Source: Utricularia gibba
Lineage: Eukaryota > Plantae > Magnoliophyta
Length of the DNA: 64,000 nt
NCBI GenBank assembly: GCA_002189035.1
Contig: NEEC01000010.1
Coordinates: 186,001-250,000 of the forward strand
Direction of reading: 5' to 3'
The notes beneath the pieces were generated by a model. That model was not told the origin of the DNA. It made no database searches and was given only the letters and a program-made list of their open reading frames with translations. Of this stretch, positions 12,011 to 23,700 are shown piece after piece. The translations under genes and the position numbers were made by a program. Each line of letters opens with the position of its first letter. The first letter of the stretch is position 1.

Positions 12011-12999
12011 AACCAAACATGAGCATAAAAAGAAAGATTCAATATGCAAAGATTTTCATATTTTCATTCTCGCTGAGATTTATCTTCAAGGGTCATTTTA
12101 TCTACTAACATCTAAGGAGATCGACTATCATTATGTTGCCTTCATAGAGGTCGTATGCTTTTGACGGTTGTTGAACAACATAGTGCATTAAAATATATTT
12201 TTAGTATCGCTTTACCTGATGTATATCGTATTTGAAGATCTATGATTTGGGTTTCTCAAAAAATTTTAAATTCTACTGCATTGAAGACATATGTTGTCTA
12301 TGAGAAACCTAATAAACTTCTCATCTTCCATGATTTGAGATGTCTTCTAAACTCTAATACTTGAGATTATAAAATAAAATTTATAAACTCAAAGTTTTTC
12401 AAATTGCTAACAAAATAAAATCATATAATGAAATTGGAATTGATAATGAAGAACATAAACTTGTAATATATTCATGTATTTCTGGATATCAAATTTAAGT
12501 TTAATTTGTAATTTAGTTTAACAATAACATAACAACTAAGATACAAAATCATAAAAAAACAATTTAGAAAATTCTAAGGAATTAGCTGATTTGGATTTAC
12601 TTTTATATACAGATTTTATTGAAGGGTTGTAAGTGGATAAAAATATACTTTTTCTATTGTCTATATGCTTACACGAGGCAGATTTACATAAATTGAGGAG
12701 GGCTTTGATTTATAGCATGCTTTTTTTATATAAAGTGCAACCCTCTGGCTACTTCTTTTGTTTGTTGCACCTCTCTTGAAGCATCAATAACATTCGTCGT
12801 CGCGTTCCCTAACATTCTATTACTTAATCGTGTGTTGCAAATTTTCTTGGGTTTGATTGTTTGTATCTGTTTGATATATTTTTGTTGCTGATTTTACTTG
12901 TTGAGTGGCCTTTTGCATGAATTTTTCAAGAAAGTGTCATGTGTTGAGTGTGGTTGTGGTTGTGTTAACATAGTTATTACTTGGGGTGAATCTATTATT

Positions 13000-14000
13000 A
13001 TAATTGTATTGAATTGTTATCATGATGGGTATAGAAGGAGACATAGATATTCTCTTACAAATAATATTTTTAAACAAATGGAATACATTAATAGCTTAAT
13101 TACCAATGCAAATAAGTTAACAATAGATAATTTGAAAATTACTAGGAATGCTTTAGCAATATTACGTAGTGTTTTGGAAACTCGTTCAAATTTGAGGATT
13201 GGGAAATATGTTGGAATGCCAAAAATAGTATTCATACTTTCGAGAGTTCTAGGTATCATAAAAAATGATAGTGCAAAAGCATGTGTTTCGAAAAAGCATT
13301 GAGGCTGTCTATGTATTTACACCAAGTGTTCTACATGGTGCTCTACGTTCATGATGTCTTACAAGAGGAACAAGTTATTGTTTGTAAAGGTGTATTGGAT
13401 GGATGATTCAAATACTTTCAGGTATCATATTTTTTGTTTAAAATTTAGTTGTATTATGTGTCTTGTGTATTGTGGTTTCTATGCTTCTAATTACATTGTT
13501 TATATATAGAATTGTGTTGAGGCCATTGATAGTAGCTATATCGATATATGAGTGAAGGTAACTGATAGTGCAAGATAGAAATTGTGAGGGTGTGTTGTCA
13601 AGAAAGCTTCTATGAGTGTTTGATGAGATGATAAAATTCATATATATGCTTGGTACATCAGAGGGATGGCAGAAAGCAGTGTTAAATGATGCACTCTTTA
13701 GTGTAGATGATATCTCTGCATGCCAAGGTGTTTCCCATGTGTGGTATCTTCATTGTTTTGTTTTTTTTGTGATTATTTTGTTATACGTAATGATTAAGTT
13801 GTATTTGTGACTATGCATACAGCCATAATCCCAAAATATATCAATAGGAAGGGGTTCTTTGAATGCCTACCTAAAAGATCGTGGATTGAAAAGCCAAAGA
13901 TTTCAAAATGCTAAGGAGTATTTTTGCATGTGCCACTCATCAGTTGGAAATTTCGTTGAAAAAGCATGGAGGTTAATGAAAATGCAATAGAGCAAATCAT
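13000..14000 (+). mobile_element. PIF/Harbinger transposase remnant
   Basis: Frameshifted pieces: TIDNLKITRNALAILRSVLETRSNLRIGKYV (N-terminal region); KGVLDG-like segment near 13385; QNAKEYFCMCHSSVGNFVEKAWRLMKMQ near 13905-13990 (cf. ELFNxRHSSARNVIERAFGLLKxRW). Boundaries approximate. Confidence 0.7.
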
Positions 14001-14329
14001 GACCTTCAAGCTTGACAAGTACTTAGAGTCAAAAAATATTAGCATATGCATTTCATCTAGAAGGAGATGACTTTCGACCCTCTAGAGAATGATATACCTT
14101 ACATGGACGAGAATGTAACAAGTGCTACCTCAAGCAAAGGATGAAATACTTGCCGCAATGACCATGCTAATATGATGTATAATAATTGACTGGTGATTTA
14201 ATGATGCTAAATGTTTATGATGATTTATGTATTCTAAAAAATTGGTGCTATGCTTTTTGATGACAATGGGTGTAATGAGTGTTGAAATAGGCATTACTAT
14301 CTCATTATGGTATTGTTTGAATTTGTTAC

Positions 14330-16100
14330 ATCAATGATAATCTTTGATGAAGTGTGACATTCTTGTGATGATTTGCTTGTAATGATTTCGTAGTATCCTA
14401 TCCTTGGCTGAACTTGCGATGTAGACCATGTTCAACCAAGCATCATAATTCTTACTATTTGGTGCTTGACAAAACTTGTGGATGGATATAGCTTCAGCTA
14501 AACATTGCATTCGACAATATCTAATGCTTCTTTGCAACAACACATGACATGGTATCTAGTACTTGTTTAAATTGGGGACAATTTCTTTATTATTGATGTT
14601 GAATGGTTTTATGGGTCAAGTAACCTCGATTTATTTGGCTAGGGAAATTGGTAATACAATGTTCATTTAATCTCTATATGTGCTCATTAATTGTACCTAA
14701 TACTTCATTATCCAAAAATGAGAATGCATTAATTCTCATCATTTTATCTTCCTTTTCCACCGCACAACCTTGGTGTAGCACCACATACGCCACTCAAGTT
14801 CTAGCATGTAGCACAACACAAAATCACCCACTTCATTGCATCATCTCAAGTTTATCACCCCTTATAGTAGTGCAGTTGAACTTCTGCAATATTATCCGTT
14901 TTGAGAGACTTACTAGAGTTTCATTTCTACAAAAGTGATGGATGGTGGATGTGAACAAGAAGGGGAGGAAGGTGATGCACTTAATTCAAATTTTTCTAAG
15001 TGACAATAGGAGCACACCTTGTATATCAAAGTACATTATTGGCTATCATTTCCACAAAAATTTTTGAATGGAATTAAGAAGTAAAACACACAAAAGATGC
15101 AGTATAAGTATTGATCAAAAGGAGTTAATTTTCAAGAAAGGTTCAGTTTTAATTGAATACAAATGGTCACAATTTTGTAAACAGAATTATGAATGCAAAC
15201 TAAAATGATAAACCTTAAATAAGAGCACTATTCTTGGGATTACAATTTTTCCCAACAATGTTTGCTATAACTCTACGCTTCTTGAGTCTTTTGCATACAC
15301 GATTATAGGAATAAATATTATCTACACTCTCTTACACTCTTTTGCAATGAGATATGGGAATTGCCTTACATTACTCCCATTAGACGATCAAGCAAATAAA
15401 AAGATCTTGCCATCGATTACCTTCATGATCGAGTTATACACATGTGTCTAAAGTGTTGTCGATGACTCAACTGTTCAAATACAAGGTCATTATTTTTGCA
15501 TTGTAGTAGGGTACGCTCATGAATAAAACATTGTCTCCCTTGAATCAAAAGAGTAGGAGTTGCACCCTTCACTTTACTCCTTATCAAAACCTGCAAGCAT
15601 TGATTGACTACTTATAAATCTTCACTAGAGGTCAATATAGTAAGACTATAGAGTAGGAAATATGTGAAACTTGATGGAATGCATAGAGGAAATAGAAGTT
15701 TAATCACTAAGCATGAAGGAGAAGACTTCCAACACAAAAATGAGAATTTTGATTGTGAACTGCCATAAAAAATGAGAATTCAATGTAAAACCTCAAATCT
15801 TCCTTCTAAAGAATGCAAAAGAAGAAGGAAGATCAACCGTACAATAACGAAAGTTGGGAAAATAAAAAACCTCCTCTCTAGACAATCATTCCCTTCTAAA
15901 TTGATTGCCCAAATTGAAGGTCTTGCAAGATATGGAATATTTTAGTTTGCTGTAACAACATTATCATTATTTTTTTTGTATGCTACAATCGTGTGACTCA
16001 CATCAAGGCTCATCATCAAGATCTTGTCCTTTTGCTAGTAATCGTTGAAGATGTCTTTCAATCAAATCTTGTTGCCCGGTAGTGTTTCCATGTTTGTTAG
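14330..16100 (-). mobile_element. Highly degenerate Ty1/copia-like internal remnant
   Basis: Short peptide traces resembling copia gag, integrase and RT/RNaseH on the - strand (e.g. ORF 14331-14543). Heavily mutated, boundaries approximate. Confidence 0.45.
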
Positions 16101-17169
16101 TCATCTAGCACGTATACTTCTCTCACAAAGCATTCAAATTCAATTAAACTTGAGAAAAGATAAAATAAAATGTAATCATCAGAACAATTATACTAAGATT
16201 AGAACAAAATCTATAAAGACTATTCTAGACTATATTGTATTTAACATATATTGACCTAGCGAGAATGATGGAAGAGAACCTTGAACTACATGTGAGACTA
16301 TATTGGTATGAGTGCAGGTGACTCAATACCGAACTTTCTATTGTGGATGCACCCCCATGTAGGAATCTATTAATTTTGATTTGAAAAGCATATTGACACT
16401 CATTGTATATGGTAATGAAAATAATTGAGGATTGCTAAGGCTTAACAGTGTAATCTATAGATGGATTGGAAGCACATTATGCTAAACTTAGGTCATCTAT
16501 GCATGGAATTGTAGCACATTGCCGTTGCTCTTAACTATCACATATTGGTTATTTAATTGTTTAAGTATACTTGGAGTAAGAGAATCATGTAGTGGTGCAT
16601 GGAGTAGTATGATTTTAGGATCTATTCTTTAAGAGGTGGGTGAGGAAACACCAGCCTTACCTAATTGTTTATGATCCTAGTGTTGCTTTTATGGTGCGTT
16701 GTATGAAACAACTACATGACATTGTCCATTAGTTTACTAGTTTTGTCTATGACGAGCAAACTTGTGTTCAAATGACATGCATAAAATGTTGAGGTGAAGT
16801 GACACAACCTAGTTCTGAAACAAAAAACTTCAAGAAGACGATGATGAAGGAACAAAAAATAGAAGTAGGGATCAAACAAAAGTAGGATCAATAATCTTGA
16901 GTAAATAGCTCATTTTTATTGATAAAAAACTAAATACAAGACTCTGAGATTTATATTAGAAACTAGCTTAATTAGATACGAGAAAGATGCATTCACGACT
17001 CACTAACTACTCCCAAAAGTGGAGTGGGAAAATTGCAAGCAGTTGAGAGAAATTTGAGAGGTGAGTTCACTGCTTATGCTCTTGTTTGACTGACTCAAGA
17101 CAAAACGTGCATAGGAAAAAATAATGACCCACTTCCCTCAATTTATGGAGAGTATTCATTTTATCCAGC

Positions 17170-20100
17170 AGGCTCCCCCTTGAGTGATCGCCCATCAATC
17201 AGTCCAAGCTTACTCCTTAGTGCCTCGAATTGGGTTAGAGATAGTGCCTTTGTGAAAATATCGGCAACTTGTTTCTTAGTGGAGCAATGTAGAAACTTCA
17301 ATTCATTTAATTTCTACAGCTCTTTGATATGATGGTATTTCATAGAAATATGCTTAGTTCTTCCATGATAGACTGGATCCTTTATCATTGCTATGGCACT
17401 CTTGGAATCACATTGTATGACCATAGCTTCCGTCATTGATTTACCAAGATCTGTTAACATTTTCTTGAGTCAGATAGCCTGATTTGCTGCAAGTGTAGCT
17501 ATTGTATACTCAACCTCCGTTGTTGATTGTGCATGTGTTTGTTGCTTCTTTAAGATCCAACTGATTCAAGATGAGGACAACATGAACACAACTTGAAGTG
17601 CTTTTGTAGTCTTGTGAATCTGTGAAGTCAACATCAACAAAGCCCTTGTTTGTGAAGTCTTGTAGAAAAGACCATAGCAATTTGTGCTAGCAACATAACG
17701 CAGCACATGTTTGACACATTTAAGATGGTTCACTTGTGGACAATGCATGAATTGAGAGAGAACACTTGTAGTAAACATGATGTTAGATCTATTATTGGTA
17801 AGAAACATGAGAGAACCCACCATGGACCTATATAATGTGACTTCTACTCATTCACTAGTCTTTGTTAAAGATGCTTTGAAGTTTTGGAGTATAGGAGTTG
17901 CTACTAAAGAGCACAATGAGAGACTGAATTTGTGCAACAAGTTTTCTATGAACCTTTTCAGAGACAGAAACACCCCAGATTTGTTCTGCAGAATTTCCAT
18001 TCCTAGAACTTGGTGCATCAGCCCGAGATCTATCATTTCAAATTTTGAGCTCATAAATTCTTTAAACTCATGAACCTTGGTACTACTATCACCAATGATT
18101 AAGATAAGAGTTTGTATTTCCTATAACAACACAAATAGAGCAGCCTCATTTTTACTTTTTTTAAATTTGAAATCAGGTAATACTTGCTCCAACTTCTCAT
18201 ACCAAGCATGTGGTGTCTATTTAAGGCCATACAATGCCTTCTTTACTAGACAAACTTTATCTCCATGGACTTCGAACCTAGGGGGTTGAACACAATAAAT
18301 ATGTTCATCCAAGTCTCCATTCAAAAATGCTAATTTGACAATCATTTGATGTATATTCCAACCCTCATGAGCAGCAAGACCAATGATCAATCTAATGGTA
18401 TCAAACCTAGCTACTAGTGCAAAAGTATTATAATAATCAATCCCAAACTCTTGGTTACAACCTTTCACAACTTTCCTGGCCTTATACTTTTGCAATGAAC
18501 CATCTGAGTGAGTTTTGATCTTGAACACCCACTTTAGCCCGATTATATTAGCTCCTAATGATGGTTTCATGATAAACGGGAATTTCCTAATATCGCTGCA
18601 AATAAAAATAGAAAATCCATATCAAATAAATTTATAATCCCTAATCTACACAAAATACAAATTTAGAAAACTTGTATAGTGGATATTGGGGTCGATCAAG
18701 AAGAGCTTGTGCTTGCTAAGTATTTTAGTAAATGCAAGATTTCGGATAACAGTAGGTCTTAGTCTAAGCTCAGACTAACAGTGGTAAACAAGTTCAGTAA
18801 ACAAGGTAGGTAAGCAATATTAGGTTTCTACGCTAAGGTATCAGGTACTAGTTTTGACTCAGACTAATACGAGGACGCCTTAAGGATCTGCGGGTGGTGT
18901 TATCCTAAGCTTCCTAACTTAATTTATTATCTTCCTACACTCACAACTTCAAATAACCTAAGTCTACCCAGGTCATTCATCATATTTTTGGCTTAAGCTA
19001 GTCCCCAATATCATAACCAACATTGCAATTAGGTCTATCCACATGCAAGGCATATAGAACTAGGTCTACCCAGTTCTATTGGTTCTACCCTAGACTAACA
19101 CCGACTGTTCCCGTCTTGGTGTGTTGGTCTACCTATAAACCAAGCATCTAAGTTGTAAAACTACTTGCTTCCCTCCTTACGTCTACCCATGGTTTGTTAG
19201 AAACAAGAGTTAAGGAATATACATAAATTTCACCATCAAACCTAAGCACACTACACCACTTCACCTTAAGGCATCCCTAAGACTCTAGCCCCTCATGCTT
19301 GGGAAATAAAACACGATTTCATTCATATAAGTTGGCCAAAATGGCAGAGACATTGTAAACAAGTCAAATGCAGAAACTCGAAATGTTCAGAAAACTAGAA
19401 AGTAAATAAAGATTGTTCTTCCGCCTGCTAGCTACTATTCACAGCCCGGAAAAGTAGCGCTGAACTGGGCTCCGGTGCTATTCTTGGTGATGAAGGCGTT
19501 TCCTCCCCCCTTCTGGTTGGTTTTTCGTGTTGGGGAAGAAGACCCCCTGCTTCCCCTGCCATTCGCTTCAACTTCACGCTCCCTCCTTTTCGAAATAATT
19601 TTCCCTTTTGCTTCACTCCATTGCACTGTTCCTGACTACCAGTACTGTTTCTGACTGCCAGTACTGCTCCTGGCCTGAACATGCAGACTGCGGTGGCAGC
19701 AGAACAATGCTTGGAAGTCTGATTTTGCGCCCTTTTCACATTTTTTACACGCTTGGAAGTCTGATTTTCGGCTCATCTCCCTGCTGAACTTACTGAAACA
19801 TTAGTAGCAAGAGTTGTGGACTAAATCAAAGGATTTAGTCCACTTTTCAACATAATCACATAGGATTAACATAAACACCACTAAAGCATGAAAAACCACA
19901 TTTATCTTATGTAAACCTAATAAAGTATAGCTATTTTGTGTAATGAATTTCAGGAAAAATGTGTGTTATCATTTCACAAGCGTCTAGGTCTCATGTTTTT
20001 GTATCATAGTTAGCTCATCTTGCATGCCTTTTCTCTAGTGAGGAATTTGCATTGCCATAATGATAGAATCTTGTTCTTCAGGTCCTATAGCAACATTAGC

Positions 20101-20570
20101 ATATTCATAAATATCAGTTAGCAATCTGGTCCTGAGAGGAGGAGTTTCAACATCAGTAGTAGGGTCTCCATCATCATTGTGTGGAGGAGTGACCAGTTCT
20201 AGTGTCATAGGAAAATCTATATGATGAGTATTTTCCACTATATTAGACATCTCTTCTTCATTCCATTCCACGAGATCATCAAGATAGAAATCACTAGGTG
20301 TGAACAAACGTGTTTTTGATGTGGTGTTGGACACCAAAGAGGCAGGCGTGTTTTGATCCCAATCCCACTTGTCATCTTCATCAATCCACAAGTTTCTTGC
20401 TATTGAAAATTTCTTAGTTTTAGGGTCATAAATTATGCACCCTTTTGTCTCTTCTCAGTAACCAACGAAAATTCCAGCTAAGGACCTATCATTGAGCTTT
20501 CCTCTTTTTTCTGTAGGAATTAGAGTATAAGCAACTAAGTCAAAGATTTTAAAGTGCCTTATAATGGGCA
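17170..20570 (-). mobile_element. Ty1/copia pol remnant (integrase C-terminus, RT, RNase H, PPT), split by a solo LTR
   Basis: Integrase C-terminal piece near 20400-20560. WIDEDDKWDW linker. [56 protein letters not shown]...AFLNGDL and MSSKFEMIDLGLMHQVLGMEI. RNase H KQVADIFTKAL. PPT AAGGGGGAG on the - strand near 17174-17182. Confidence 0.92.
18570..19971 (-). mobile_element. Solo LTR, Athila-type family A
   Basis: TGAT...ATCA termini and perfect TSD TTTCA (18565-18569, 19972-19976). Removing it rejoins the copia RT frame (GMQDELTMIQKHET*TLV|[13 protein letters not shown]). Homologous to 51227-52615 and, inverted, 36509-37807. Confidence 0.93.
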
Positions 20571-20573
20571 TTT

Positions 20574-20795
20574 TGTGATATCCTTATTTCACAAATACTC
20601 TGGCTAGGGAATTTTTCAACTTAAATCATTAATGTTTGAAAAATCTCACATTATAATCTTATCATAATTTCTATAGCACATGAATCAAGTAGATGATTTT
20701 ATCAATGATGTAAACCTGATCACAATTCAAAGTAAACATCAAAAGATAAGATTTGCTAATGAGTTAATTATCTCTAGAACATATACACCATTAGT
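20574..20795 (-). mobile_element. Fragment of LTR-like family C
   Basis: Reverse complement matches 23680-23890 (tgtgatatccttatttcacaaatactc...gatttgctaatgag...ctagaacatatacac). Confidence 0.75.
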
Positions 20796-20799
20796 GTCA

Positions 20800-23700
20800 A
20801 ACCATTGGAGTGCAAGAGATTGAAATTGCCTAGTTAAGAATAAATTTAGTTGTTCCGATCTCTCAACATTCAGCTCTAGCTAAAAGAGTTTAGTTGTCTA
20901 TGCATTTCTATGCTGCTAAAGAAAACTAAGTGTTGGGGTAAAGTAGGGACCTACATAATGTAGGAATTCCATGGTCTACACAACATATGTCCTCTCTACT
21001 ATGTTCAAAATAGTGCGAGAGACCTTGAGATATTGCACCACCTCTTTCAAGTTCTTTTCTTAGACATTGACCTCAATTTTGAATGTTATCTCTAACAAGC
21101 AATTCTCCATCTAAAGGAGCTCAACCTCAACTTTGTCTCATTCAAAATTTTGCCTAGCAACTTCCTCATTTGCCTCTTCCTTCCATTTCTTTTTCTCTTC
21201 ACTAAGATCAAGCTTCTCATTGAGAGCCTTACTACACTTGTGTCTCTCCTTCATTGTGATCGCAAACTCGGTGTTTCCCTGATTACTAACTAAAAATGAT
21301 GGCTAAGTGATTAAGTAGGAATAAAACATGATGAGGATGGGAGAATTGCAAACATTACGTATTGAAGGGAGTTGTAGCTCTCCCTAATCTCTAGTACAAG
21401 ATCACATGTTTTCTCAAAAGGGGGCATATGGAGGCCTTCTAAGGTGTGAAACCTTGCCATAGAGTCACATTTTTCCAACCTCCCTCCTCTTGTAGCCATA
21501 ACCTCTCTAGTACCTCTACTGAATGTTCCACTTCATTACTCAAGAATGAGTAGCTCAACCTCTTTCTCGAGTATGCTTAGAGCATCTAGCCTCAATGAGA
21601 CAAGTATTCTCACGGTGGCCCTTAGATTGTCTTTCAATTGAGCAATCCACAAATCCTTTGCCAATTGAGCCCTTCTCCTCCATGGACCTTTTGTTAGTTG
21701 AAGTTTTCTTCTAAAGATCAAAACCTTGGTTAACTTGGCAAATCCCAAAGATATAACCCAAAAACATTAAAGAATCTCACCTTGCCGTTTTTGGGCATCT
21801 TATTCCGCTTAGGCATCGCCTCTCCAAGTGCTTTAATGGACTTGGTTAAAACTTTAATTTTCAGTACTGAGGTAGACCTGATTACGCTCTTTGTAGTTGG
21901 TCCTTAAAACAAAAGAAATGATAAACATTAGTTCTTCTATAAAAGAAAAAGAGATAAGTTGTACCTACTTCACTAGGCTTTACATAATAGAAAAACCTAT
22001 GGATTTCTTTGACTTGATGTGATAGGACCATACTATGATAGGTAATTCCTTGACACCAATAGATTGACAAGGAGTTCAAACCACCTTTTAGATGCTCTAA
22101 ATATTGCGATTTCAAACCTCCATCATATCGTTTGTCTAGGAATGCACAATTGAAGTGAAGTCCTCATGAATTTTAAACTTGTTGCATTAATCTGTGGTGG
22201 GAAACTATCGTAGAATGTCAATAGCATAGTTGGAGCATGCTATGTGTTGTCATGGTATTGACATACGATGCACTTTTGGACATCATTTATTGTGTCCTTT
22301 CTTGACTCTTGGCTAGAAGAATCCCGCTCTTATGGCTTTTAGGGCCAAAGTTTGGCTTTCTATGTGAGCACACCGTTGCCACCATGAATTTCCTTCAAAA
22401 TTGCTGCTACATCTTCTAGGACCAAGCATTTTAGATATGATCCTTGATATGATACCTCCTCTATCATAGAGAATTGATGTAATATGGATTTAATATGGTA
22501 TCTTCTCCATTGAGGTCTAATATGAAGGCAAGTTTGACATTGAGTATGCTTCAAAATTTCCTTCTCAAAGAATTTGTTTCAATATAAATTTCTAAATTGA
22601 ATCACAACCTTCCTGAATTTTGAGACATGCATTTATGGCTTGATCTCTAATTTCACAGTTTCTCAAATATGGGCTGATGATAAGCATTGAATTTGAGTAA
22701 ACTATTATCCTCGAGATTTTGAGGTCTTGAGCAAACAAAAGTCGTCATATCACTGTGCTATTTATAGTCTTAAATTTCAGTTTCATCATATGTTTAATTT
22801 CTTCTCCTAAGATGTATTTGTGGATGAAAATATCGACCCCAAAATCATCAAATGTAACAAACTCATCAACATATATCTCCCATTCTTCCCTTTTCAAGGT
22901 TTTTCCTACCCTCATCATCTCTATAACAAAATCTACAATATCAAAATATTCAAGCTTATAGTTTTATGTTGTGTCATACTTCAATATATTTGAGTCAATT
23001 TCAGTGTTAATGGTATTAGGATTATGTGAATTTCAGTAGGGAAAATACCAACACATGCACTAGTTGAATTATTTTTTGAAAAAACTTGATTTGAGCCATT
23101 TTTCCCATAGTCAAAGTGAAAGGTCATTTGGGTTGCATAATCTCAGCAGTCTGCAAAATTATTATGAGTACAAGTACAAAATAGGGATTATAGATCTGAA
23201 TGCAGAGGAAGGATAAGGAAGGTTGGCAATAAAAAGGCAAGAAGATCACAATAGATGCAACTAACTATAGTTGGTGTGCGATATTGGAGTAAATAAAGAG
23301 AGGAAAATTTATATTGCATATAAAAACACAATCTATTTTGAGGGGGAAAGAGGATTGGTTTGAAGACTTCATTTTGGCTCGAGGATATCTTTTGTTTTGG
23401 GGAGGATTCTTCTATTGTAGAGGGATTTTCTCTTTAGAGAGCTTTTTTGTGATTGGAGTGGAAGAAAAGACAAAGAAAGAGTTATTCTAGCATGACACAT
23501 AAACTAATTTCCAACATCAAAAGTCCAGCTGAGACCTGAACTAAAAACAAGGAGGCCTAGAAAACCTACAGTTTGAGAAAAGAAAGATAGTGAGAACACA
23601 TAAAGTAAAGAATTGAACAAACACTCTACTTTTCTCTCAAATTTGATTTCTTGCATTTTATTTCACGAACACAAATGTATGTGTTCAAGAGACAATCAAC

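Larger units (their letters stand above)
6023..12024 (-). mobile_element. Mutator-like element (MULE) carrying a decayed MuDR transposase and a Ulp1-like gene
   Basis: 10-bp direct repeat ATAAAAAGAA on both flanks (6013-6022, 12025-12034) and G...C termini. Inverted arrays of a ~30-bp unit at both ends. Host LTR-C sequence resumes exactly after the right TSD. Internal MuDR motifs present. Confidence 0.88.
3671..12289 (+). mobile_element. LTR-like repeat family C (~1.5 kb net; resembles Copia Angela-clade LTRs by recall), interrupted by a solo LTR and a MULE
   Basis: Segments 3671-3876, 5036-6022 and 12025-12289 align collinearly by eye with the uninterrupted copy at 23672-25199 (e.g. gtgaaatgag|gatatcacaaat; 3' end aaattttaaattctactgcattgaagaca vs aatttttaaattttgctgcttttctgaca). 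No TSD found. Strand is relative only. Confidence 0.75.
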
